Below are positions 44,503-53,600 of a stretch of DNA of 64,000 nt, one piece after another. This DNA is from Pseudobdellovibrionaceae bacterium (lineage in GTDB: Bacteria; Bdellovibrionota; Bdellovibrionia; Bdellovibrionales; UBA1609). Where the stretch lies: NCBI GenBank assembly GCA_023954155.1, contig JAMLIO010000008.1:5229-69228 (forward strand). The letters run 5' to 3'. The translations under genes and the position numbers were made by a program. The notes beneath the pieces were generated by a model. The model searched no databases, was not told where the DNA came from, and was given only the letters and a program-made list of their open reading frames with translations. Every line of letters starts with the position of its first letter. Within the stretch, counting starts at the first letter, position 1.

Positions 44503-46766
44503 TTAAGAAAACTCAGTTTGATCACATCTGTCAGGGTCATGCTCCCTCACAGTGGCAAGAGCTGCTCAACGCACATGTGGAGCAAGTGATTCTTTGCGCT
44601 TTGGGGCAAGACGAGTTTACGCCTTTAAAAATCTTTGCTTTAGGATCTTTTGGTCTTAGAAAGCTATGTCCTTATTCAGACATTGATCTTTTAATTTTAG
44701 GGGACACAGAACGTGTGCGGCGGTTTTCAGAATTTTTAGAAAAGGATTTAAAGCACCTTAAAATTCGTCATATCCCCTATGAAAAAGACATAGATTACAG
44801 TTTATGGCTTAAGGATGTGAATATCTTTGATCATTATTCTTTACTGTATGCTCGTGCCTTTCGCAAAGAGGATGAGGGAGTGCTTGAGCGCTTCTGGCAA
44901 GAGGTTCAAAAACCCCATATTCAAGAGAATAAAGAACAGTTTTTAAAACAAGTTCTAGAAGAAAAGCAGCGGCGTTCTCAAAGATATGGAAATGTGGATG
45001 GCCTGCTACAGCCCAATATCAAATATGGTCGAGGCGGACTTAGAGACATCACTCAGGCTTTGGGGTGGCTCACATGGTGGGATCAGGGTGTGGTTTTACA
45101 TACAACAGTAAGACAACGTCTTTTAATGCACTATGATCTGCTGTCACGGCTTCGGTTTACGGTGCACATGCTTCACGACAATGATTATATCTCTGCGGAC
45201 ATGTGGCCTGAGGTTCTAAAAGGGTTTGCTGAGTCTTATGCAGTCTTAGAGCTGCAAAAAAAGATTCATAAAACTTTTAATGCCGTAAAGGTGGCAGGAG
45301 AGTATATCTTTTTTTCTGATGAATTCTATAACAGCACTGAGCAAAGTGAGTTTGCATCGGGGTTAAACTTTTCGGTGTTAGATCAAAAACTGAAAGAGGA
45401 CACCTTAAGTTTTCGTGACAGTTTGGAATTAAGACTGGGATTTCAGCCTCCCCATGTAAGAACCTTATCCGAGATAGAAAAATCCTTACTTTTTACAAGG
45501 CTGCACGAAAAATTCTTAGGACACGTAACTCCTCGTATGTGTGGGTTGCTGTTTGATTCATTTTTGATTCCGCAGTTGCTTCCACATTGGGACACTATCG
45601 CGGGGCGTCCACAGTCTGGGCATTATCATCAGTACACTGTGGATCAACACTTATTAAAGACCCTTGAGGCTGTCTGTCAGATTCAAAGTAAAGAGATCAA
45701 TATGTTTGGACTGACTTCGATGACAGACACTTTTAAGCCTGAAGACTGGCAGATGCTCAAATGGGTGAGTCTGTTCCACGACCTGGCCAAGGGCTTACCT
45801 GGGGATCACTCCGAGGTGGGAGCCGACATTGTGACAAACGAAATCCACTGTGAGTTATGGAGTGAAAAGTTCAAGCAGGACATTTCTGATATGGTTCGCT
45901 ATCATCTTGTGTTGTCTAAGTCTGCCTTTCGTTATGATCACAATGATGCCGAAAACTTGCAGCAGCTTTATAGCAAACTTAAAAGTTATAAGTTCTTTAA
46001 ACTTCTAACAGTCTTTACAGCTGCCGATATCATGGCCTCTAACCCCGAGGCATGGAATGAATGGAAGTCAGATCAATTTTATCTTTTGTCAGAGTCTTTT
46101 CGAGCCTTCATCAACAATGGACAAGTCAGCACATGGCTGGACATTGAAGGCTTTCAAATCCTAGTCACCTTGTCCAAAAAACTAGGAGAGTCTTTGTTAA
46201 AAGAAGACCTCTTAAGTTTAGATAAAGATCCTCAGGGCCTAAACATCAAAGTGATTCAACATGAGTTTAATATTTGGATCAGAGCTTGCGATAGGGATGA
46301 GGGGCCAGGAGTCTTGGTCAAAATGCTCAATCTGTTTTTCCAAGCGGGCTTATCTATTGAACAGGCCTTTATTTGTGGTAATGAAAAAAGACAAGTGGCC
46401 TACAACTGGTTCCGCTTACCCTTAAAGACCTCTAAGTCCGCTCAGGAAATTGAAAGAACACTAAAGACCCTTATGAAAAGAGAACTTACCGCCAGCGAGA
46501 TCAAGGTTTCCTTTGAAAGCATAAAATGTTTATCTGATGTAGACAATAAATGGGTGTTTTTATTTAAAGGAAGGGATCAAAAAGGACTTTTGTTGCGAGT
46601 GACCCAAGTTTTTGCCAAGATGAACTTAAATATTCTCAAAGCCCAAGTCAGCACCTGGGGCGAAAGTGTGGAAGACGTCTTTGTGGTAGAGCAAAGACAA
46701 GATTTAAGTTTAGAAGAGGCCTTAGAAAGTCTGCGACAAGAGTTGATGAACAATTATTGGCACTGA
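44484..46766 (+). CDS. glnD: [protein-PII] uridylyltransferase-family protein (NTase + HD + two ACT-like domains)
   Basis: GSFGLRKLCPYSDIDLLIL nucleotidyltransferase motif. HD domain (HYHQYTVDQH ... LFHDLAKG). C-terminal ACT-like repeats. The GTG start overlaps the mutS 3' end by 19 nt. Confidence 0.7.
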   Translation: MAKEFIVKKTQFDHICQGHAPSQWQELLNAHVEQVILCALGQDEFTPLKIFALGSFGLRKLCPYSDIDLLILGDTERVRRFSEFLEKDLKHLKIRHIPYEKDIDYSLWLKDVNIFDHYSLLYARAFRKEDEGVLERFWQEVQKPHIQENKEQFLKQVLEEKQRRSQRYGNVDGLLQPNIKYGRGGLRDITQALGWLTWWDQGVVLHTTVRQRLLMHYDLLSRLRFTVHMLHDNDYISADMWPEVLKGFAESYAVLELQKKIHKTFNAVKVAGEYIFFSDEFYNSTEQSEFASGLNFSVLDQKLKEDTLSFRDSLELRLGFQPPHVRTLSEIEKSLLFTRLHEKFLGHVTPRMCGLLFDSFLIPQLLPHWDTIAGRPQSGHYHQYTVDQHLLKTLEAVCQIQSKEINMFGLTSMTDTFKPEDWQMLKWVSLFHDLAKGLPGDHSEVGADIVTNEIHCELWSEKFKQDISDMVRYHLVLSKSAFRYDHNDAENLQQLYSKLKSYKFFKLLTVFTAADIMASNPEAWNEWKSDQFYLLSESFRAFINNGQVSTWLDIEGFQILVTLSKKLGESLLKEDLLSLDKDPQGLNIKVIQHEFNIWIRACDRDEGPGVLVKMLNLFFQAGLSIEQAFICGNEKRQVAYNWFRLPLKTSKSAQEIERTLKTLMKRELTASEIKVSFESIKCLSDVDNKWVFLFKGRDQKGLLLRVTQVFAKMNLNILKAQVSTWGESVEDVFVVEQRQDLSLEEALESLRQELMNNYWH

Positions 46767-47105
46767 CTTTTGAAAAATAGATAAAAGCTTTAGGATTTTA
46801 GTGCGAAGTATTAAAATTTAATCTTATTGCTCGAAAAAGCATATTTTTTAGGCACAAAAAATGAAATTGTCTTAATTTTTTGGAGATAAGTAGCTGGTTT
46901 TGTTGATTAAAGTGGCAAGACTTCGATGTAAAAAAATCTGTATTTGCCATGGTCCAGAAAAAGTAAAATACTTAACATAAAATACTTCTGTCTAGTTTTT
47001 GTCAAAACTTTTTTCCAGTGCTTGTGCGCATAATAAAAAGCTGCAAGACTTTATATATGGGCTAGGGGAAGGCCCACAAACAGACCATTAGGGGAGGAAG
47101 CAAGG

Positions 47106-47492
47106 ATGCTTAAAGATGTATTAATTAAAGAAGGTCTTTCTAATAGAGAAGCTGAGGTTGCAGAATTAGTAACTCAAGGTTTATCAAACAAAGAAGTTGC
47201 AAATCGTTTATTTGTAACTGAGAAAACTGTTAAATTCCATTTAACAAACATCTATAAAAAAATGAATGTAAAGTCTCGTGCGCAATTGATCGTATGGTGC
47301 TTACCTAATATGTCTTTCACTGAGCAAGCTCCTGAAGGAACTGATAACAGAGACAGTGGAAAAACAATTTCTAACATTAACGTACCTGTTGCAGGAAATG
47401 GTGATATCAATACAAAGCCTTTTTCTGAGGACGATGGCGTAACGCCAGATATTATTCCTGGTCAAGCTAATAAGTCTGGTTACTCGTTCTAG
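47106..47492 (+). CDS. stand-alone LuxR/GerE-family HTH protein with a disordered C-terminal tail
   Basis: LSNREAEVAELVTQGLSNKEVANRLFVTEKTVKFHLTNIYKKMNVKSRAQL is a textbook GerE HTH. GGGGAGGAAG SD upstream. No receiver or ligand domain. Confidence 0.8.
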   Translation: MLKDVLIKEGLSNREAEVAELVTQGLSNKEVANRLFVTEKTVKFHLTNIYKKMNVKSRAQLIVWCLPNMSFTEQAPEGTDNRDSGKTISNINVPVAGNGDINTKPFSEDDGVTPDIIPGQANKSGYSF

Positions 47493-47494
47493 TA

Positions 47495-47971
47495 ATGCAA
47501 TCGGTTCCCGCTTCTGTTTCAGAAGTAACCATGACGGAATTAGTGCTTCCGTCCCATACCAACGCCCTCTCGAGTATCTTCGGGGGGGTAATTATGTCTT
47601 GGATAGACATTGCCGCAGCCATCTCGGCCCAACGTTACTCTAAAACTACAGTAGTCACTGCAAGTATCGACGCTTTAAGTTTTGAAGCCCCTGTGTACGC
47701 AGGTTGGGTTGTCAATTTAAAGGCTAAGGTCAATTACGCAGGACGAACTTCAGTGGAAGTAGGTGTACGTGTCGATGCTGAAAACACCAAAACAGGTGAG
47801 AAGTTTAAAACTGCTAGTGCCTATCTCACTTTTGTGGCTATTGATGATGAAGGCAAACCTGTGTCTGTGCCGCAGTTGATCTTAGAGTCAGAAGAAGACA
47901 AACGCCGCCATAAAGAGGCAGAAATTCGCCGCAAAAATCGCCTCAAACACAAAGCCGAACTGCAAAAGTAA
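47495..47971 (+). CDS. acyl-CoA thioesterase (hotdog fold, YciA-like)
   Basis: ELVLPSHTNALSSIFGGVIMSWID and a Lys/Arg-rich C-terminal helix are typical of YciA/Acot-type thioesterases. Confidence 0.75.
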   Translation: MQSVPASVSEVTMTELVLPSHTNALSSIFGGVIMSWIDIAAAISAQRYSKTTVVTASIDALSFEAPVYAGWVVNLKAKVNYAGRTSVEVGVRVDAENTKTGEKFKTASAYLTFVAIDDEGKPVSVPQLILESEEDKRRHKEAEIRRKNRLKHKAELQK

Positions 47972-47975
47972 ACAA

Positions 47976-48010
47976 GTAGCAGCAAAGATTATGCTGCTAC
48001 GATTTTATTT
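47976..48010 (+). terminator. rho-independent terminator (possibly bidirectional) between the convergent thioesterase and adhesin genes
   Basis: GTAGCAGCA-AAGATTA-TGCTGCTAC forms a perfect 9-bp stem, followed by GATTTTATTT. Confidence 0.75.
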
Positions 48011-48023
48011 ACAATAGAACGTT

Positions 48024-50654
48024 TTATTCTGCGTCTACAGTTGCGGTAGAAGAGCCTGAAATAGAATTGTCTAGACTTTGTTGTTCTAGATGGATTTCAA
48101 ACTCGGTCTCAGTATCGGGAAGATCAAGCTCGACACGAAAGTGCCCTTCATGCGCTTGTGTTGCAGTCGCATAACACTCAGTGCTGAGCGTGTGGTTGTA
48201 AGCATTATCCCCTGTCATTGTGATATTGACGTCACCCATTAAATGTCCATGAGTGCACTCACCAAAGAGTACGGCTTTAGTGGGTGAAACAGGCACTGTA
48301 GTGATTCCTGCGTCCAAAGAAATGTGCACCGACACGGGAAGCGAAGTGGCTAAAGACTCAAGTTCAATATCGTGCTGAGTGCGGTTGTCAGCCAGGTCAT
48401 CATGCTCGTAGGACAGTTCTACAAGTGCGGCATCACTAAGAAAGATGACCGCAGAGTACTCGTTGTTTTCACAAGTCGTGGTCACAGTCGTTCCTGGAGG
48501 AGTGGCTTTTAACACCACGTCCTTACCATTATCAGAACAATCCCCTTGAATCAGTCTATACCCAGGATAGTATTCAAAGTTCATAGCATTAAAGGTATCC
48601 AGAGTGATCAAGATTTGACTGTCTAAAATGTAAGACAGACCTGTATCTATGCAGGCCGTGCTTTGACTATTAGCAGTCACAATCACAAAAAATTCATGTA
48701 GCCCATCATCGCTGCCGTCATTTTCAAAGTTTAAAGTGGCAGTGACTTCACCTGCTGCAATACTAGAAGAGACTCCAAGCTCTTGTGTGCAATTGCTGTC
48801 AGCATACACAGTCATAAGTCCTCCATCGGCATTAGTGACTGTACCTGATAGAACAGGACTTACAGATGACGACGTGGCGGGTGTGGTTTGTGGATAGAGA
48901 GGATTTCCATCAGCAATTTGTAGTGCTAATGCGGGCGCATTAGGTGGCGGAGCCACAACAGTCAGAGACATGCTGCCACTGGCATTAGTGTTGCCCGCTT
49001 TATCTGTTTGATGAAAGGTCACGGTCATGGTTTTTGGAGTCGCAGGGAAGGTGACCGCTTGACTATAAGCACCTGCCACACAACCTGTAGAATAGCTTGC
49101 GCCATCCACTGTCAGATCCACAGGCAGGCCGTTTTCGCAAGCCCCTTCTAAAGTTTGAGCGCTTCCTGTTAAATAAGTGTCCACACTATTGTGCGAAGTC
49201 AAAGTCACCACAGGAGCCCCAGTATCAAGAATAAAACTCAGACCCGTGTTATGACAACCGCTAGGGTTGGTATGAGAGGTGGACATAGTGACAAGCCCAT
49301 AGAGTTCATAAAGTCCATCGGTATCTAAATTTAAAGTCACATTCACCACATCCCCAGCGCCCACAACAGTGTCAGTGAGCTTTGTAGAACATGTGTTATC
49401 TGTAAACAGTTCTAATGTTCCCCCAGCTCCTTTAACCACTGTGCCTGAAATCACAGGGTTGACTCCTGCAGTATGAGGAGGATTCTCAGATGGAAATGCA
49501 GGGTTGCCTGGTTGCAAAGTGATGGACAAGGTAGGATCAGACGGTGGGATCACGTAGGTCACACTGTCAGTGGCCGTTACAGGCGTCATATAGTTATTAG
49601 TTTGTGACGCTGTTAAATTGATAAGAGGCTGATCATTAAAGGTCACATTGGTAGAGAAAGTCCCTCCATAAGTTGAAACCCCATCGGTAATACAATTTAC
49701 AGATACTGGAGAAGCAATATCACCTGTTAAAGTCACCTGACTCATTTCTGCGTGAACTGTGCAAGCACCGCTGACTGTTGTTGTGCTGGCACTGACACCG
49801 CTGTTATCCGCAGGACTAGTGATCGCAAGATTGATGCTAGGCGGAGGAGGTAAGGTCAAATTGATGGACCTATTGGTTGTGGCACTTTCATTTCCTGCGG
49901 CATCGGTGGACATAAATTGGTAAGAGATCGTAGCTACATCAGCAGGAAGAGTGATATTGATACTGAACTCATCGTCTACACAATTGGCCACTTCTTCTTG
50001 AGGCACTGCAGAACCAAAATTAAACTTCACAGGGGCTCCACTTTCACAAAATCCAGAAAAGGTCTGTGTTGATGTAGCATAAAAACTGGCATTATTAACC
50101 GGAGCGGTTAGTAAAGGTTCAGGGGCATGTGTATCTAAAGTATAAGTAAGTCCTGTGTCGACGCATCCTCCAGGATTTGGAACATTTCCAGGGGCAAGCA
50201 CTTTGGCGTAGTAATGATGGACACCATCAAAATTTTGTCCAATTTCCATATACATCAAAATGACTTCTACATCGCCACTGGCATCGAGCATGATAGACTC
50301 AATAGGTGCGCCTGTGCAGGTGTTGTCATTGTCATAAATATAAAGCATGGCTCCATCCGCATTGCTTACTGTTCCTGTAATGGTCACGGCAGTTTGATTT
50401 GCTGTGATGGGAGTTGTGGGCAATTCAGGGTTTCCATGAACCACATCAAACTCAAGATCAGGGTCGCCAGGAGGAGGTAAAGTATCCACTGTTAAAGTTA
50501 AAGATTTAGAGGTCGTATTGTTAGCAGCATCGACTTGGGAGTAATTGATAAGAAGTGATCCAGGACTGCTAGGGAAGGTCACACTTTGGGCAAAGGTGCT
50601 GCTGGCACAGGTCACCGTGTAAGATGTGCCACCGACATCTAAAGCCACATTCAA
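48024..50654 (-). CDS. C-terminal portion of the giant repetitive Ig-like surface protein (first ATG after the in-frame TGA; the frame is actually open from 50669)
   Basis: It has the same three-module repeat units as the upstream ORF (DTxAP linkers, F/L-x-G-x-CE-[NS]G motifs). It has no signal peptide of its own and no SD. Confidence 0.6.
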   Translation of the reverse strand: MNVALDVGGTSYTVTCASSTFAQSVTFPSSPGSLLINYSQVDAANNTTSKSLTLTVDTLPPPGDPDLEFDVVHGNPELPTTPITANQTAVTITGTVSNADGAMLYIYDNDNTCTGAPIESIMLDASGDVEVILMYMEIGQNFDGVHHYYAKVLAPGNVPNPGGCVDTGLTYTLDTHAPEPLLTAPVNNASFYATSTQTFSGFCESGAPVKFNFGSAVPQEEVANCVDDEFSINITLPADVATISYQFMSTDAAGNESATTNRSINLTLPPPPSINLAITSPADNSGVSASTTTVSGACTVHAEMSQVTLTGDIASPVSVNCITDGVSTYGGTFSTNVTFNDQPLINLTASQTNNYMTPVTATDSVTYVIPPSDPTLSITLQPGNPAFPSENPPHTAGVNPVISGTVVKGAGGTLELFTDNTCSTKLTDTVVGAGDVVNVTLNLDTDGLYELYGLVTMSTSHTNPSGCHNTGLSFILDTGAPVVTLTSHNSVDTYLTGSAQTLEGACENGLPVDLTVDGASYSTGCVAGAYSQAVTFPATPKTMTVTFHQTDKAGNTNASGSMSLTVVAPPPNAPALALQIADGNPLYPQTTPATSSSVSPVLSGTVTNADGGLMTVYADSNCTQELGVSSSIAAGEVTATLNFENDGSDDGLHEFFVIVTANSQSTACIDTGLSYILDSQILITLDTFNAMNFEYYPGYRLIQGDCSDNGKDVVLKATPPGTTVTTTCENNEYSAVIFLSDAALVELSYEHDDLADNRTQHDIELESLATSLPVSVHISLDAGITTVPVSPTKAVLFGECTHGHLMGDVNITMTGDNAYNHTLSTECYATATQAHEGHFRVELDLPDTETEFEIHLEQQSLDNSISGSSTATVDAE

Positions 50655-50669
50655 TCCAGATTCACAGCT

Positions 50670-53600
50670 TCAAGAAAGAGTTTGCATGGAAGACACAAGA
50701 TACGTGCTAGCAGCAGAGTGAGAGGTGAGGTTCACATCAGGAGCTTGAGTGTCTAAGACATAAGACACTTCAAGGTCTAAACAGTCAGATTGAAAACTTC
50801 CTGAAGACACCTGTGCATAATAGCTGTGTAAGCCATCATCTGATCCATCATTATTATAGCTTGTACCCAAAACAATTTCACCACTTGGAGGCACAGTCTG
50901 TGTGGCTATGGCCGTACCAGTACACATGGCATCTTCAAAAAGTGAAAGTGTGAGACCTTCGGCCTCGGGTAAAGTTCCTGTCAAAGAAGGAGTTGTGTCG
51001 GCACTCACTGGAGGATCAGAAGGAATATTAGGATTTCCTGGGTCCAAATTCATGGTAAAGACCGCATCGAAATTCAACAACACATACGTCATTTGTAAAG
51101 AAGGGTAGAGTGTGCCGTCAGAAATCTTTTGTTGTCGGGCTCTAAGAGTCGGAGAAGCAACGGGATTAAAGACCACCTCTGCCTCAAAAGTTCCCCCATA
51201 ATCACTGCCATCACTGATACAAGGCGTGAACACTGAATTGTTGATTTCACCAAAAATTTCAACTGTTGAAATGTCAGGATGGTAAGCACAAGTTCCAGAA
51301 ATGGTGGTTTCCATTAAATGAGTCACAGTGCTTCCGCCGCTAGGAGATGTGATGGCTACGCTTACTGAAGTCGGAGGAGGAAGGGTGATATTGACCGTGA
51401 TGCTATCTAGAGCGGTGTTTCCCGCAGCATCGGTTTGACCAAAACTAAGAGTTGTACTTCCTAAAGTCGAGGGGAATGTAAGGACTCTGTTATAGGTCCC
51501 TGATGCGCAAGTGGCTGTATGGCTTACACCACCCACATTCAGATCCACCTGAGCTCCATTTTCACACGCTCCTTGCAGAGTTTGGCTGGAGTTGGCGTAA
51601 TAAGAATTCCCTTCCGTATGAGAAGTCAAAGTCACTGTAGGCGCTATAGTGTCTAAAGTGTAAGAGAGTCCTGTATCAAAACATCCCGAGGGATTTGTTT
51701 GTCCATTTTGTGCTGCCACTTGCGCGTAGTAATGATGAAGACCATCGTCAGTGCCATCATTATCATAAGTTAAACTTAAGTTGATCACTCCTGTGGAGGA
51801 CACAGAGGACGTCTGCACCATGACCGCGCACATCGTATCTTCAAAAATCTGAATGGTGCCGTTGTTTGCTCTTTCTACTGTACCCGAAATGACAGGGGCG
51901 GTGTCTTTAGAAACAGCTCCTGCGGGAGTGACAGTCAAAGTCAGTGTAGGATCAGTCGGTGCTACGTAGTACTGTCTGCTGGCCGAGTTGCTTTCAGCAT
52001 CAAAATTATTTGTTTGAGTGGCTGTGAGCGTAGGTGAAGAGACAGAGTTAAAAGTCACATACGTGGAATACATCCCCCCATAAGCACTTCCATCACTATT
52101 ACAAGGTGCATTCACGGTTGCTGTAATATCTCCAGTCAGCACCACAGGACTCATGTCTGAATGATAAGTACACACTCCACTAACAGCAGTAGGCACAGTA
52201 GGATCTACGGTGCTATGTTGTGCAGGAGCACTAATGGTGATTGTAATAGAAGAGGCAGGGGCTAGAGTTAAAGAGTAAGTGTGATTGATCTGTGTGGTGT
52301 TGTTCGCGGCATCGGCTTGAACTAAAGTGAGGTTGATCGAACTTCCTGCACTAGGAAAAAGAACATTTTGTGTAAACGCACCAGAAGCACACGTAGGTGT
52401 GAAGGACTGTCCTCCCACTGTAAGCTGAATAGGGGCGTCAGATTCACAACTTCCAGTAAAAGTTTGTAAAGACTCAAGGTAGTAGGTTTCTCCATGAGTA
52501 TGAGAGGTCAGAGTAAGAGCAGGAGCTGTGGTGTCCAGTTTATAACTTCCCACAGCCGTACAGCCACCCGCATTGGGTGTGCCATGAGAGTTGTGTAGAA
52601 TAGCATAAAAATGTTTATCGCCGTCATCTGAGCCATCATTTTGATAATTAAGACTTGTGATATTCACATTCCCATTAGAAGGAACACTGTAGCTTTGCAC
52701 TAACTGCGAACAACTGGGATCAGAATAAATAAAAAGAGTTCCTAAGGTGGCTAGAGACACTGTGCCCGTGATTGTAGGTGTAGTGTCGCGTGATGAAGGG
52801 GGAGTTGTGGTGTAAGTGGGGTGTCCTGCATCGTGATTTAAAGTTAAAGTCGTGGGATTAGCAGGGGCCACCTGATAGCTCACTGTGCTGGTGTAAGTTG
52901 TGTTGGTATCAGTTTTAATTTGTGTGGCAGTCAATGTGGGATTAGCTACAGTCGAAAATTGCAAGGAGGTGCTAAACGTTCCCCCATAAGCACTTCCGTC
53001 ACTGATACAGTTCGTGGTTGTTGTGCCCACAACGCTTCCAGTAAAGGTGATGGTGCTATTCATCACAGGGTGAGACGTACACGTTCCTGACACTGTGACA
53101 GGATTAGAAACGTCAATCACGCTCCCTGAGGCGGGAGAAGTGATAGCGATTTCAGGATTTGTGGGAGGCCCTAGAGTGAGTGTGAAGGTCACAGACTCAC
53201 TGGTGTTTAAATTAGCTAGGTCCGTTTGGGCAAAGGTCGCAGTGGTGGCGCCTGTAGATCCTGGTAAATTGAGCGAAGTGGAAAAGGCACTTGAACTGCA
53301 TGGGGCCTGATGAGTGCTGCCATCTAAAGTGATGTCGACAGGAGTTCCATTCTCACAAGTTCCCGAAAACAGAAGACTGCTTCCTGCGTAATAAGACTGC
53401 CCATTTTGAGGTGAGGCCACAGTAATAACAGGAGGTGTGGTGTCCAATCTGTACGATAATAAAGTGCTATAGCATCCCCCTGGATTTTGCACTCCGTTGA
53501 CGCCTGTTACTCGAGCATAAAATCTTTTAAGCCCATCAGCACTTCCATCGTTGGCAAAACTGATGTTGGTGATATTGAGATTTCCTCCCGAAGGAATGGT

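Noticed and set aside
47023-47050. Possible dif (XerC/D) site: TGTGCGCATAA matches 10 of 11 positions of the E. coli dif XerC arm
   Set aside because: The sequence after the 6-bp spacer (GCTGCAAGACT) bears no resemblance to the XerD arm (TTATGTTAAAT-like) and there is no dyad symmetry. It is most likely a chance half-site.
50670-50672. UGA reassigned to glycine (genetic code 25), or selenocysteine, at the in-frame TGA of the adhesin
   Set aside because: TGA clearly terminates several confident genes in this window: bcp at 11905-11907, the ltaE-like gene at 14455-14457, hemL at 26077-26079, hemY at 31318-31320, and mpl. Global recoding is therefore excluded. For Sec, only a weak 6-bp hairpin lies about 30 nt downstream, there is no SECIS-like loop, no sel genes are visible, and the paralogous position is Gly rather than Cys.
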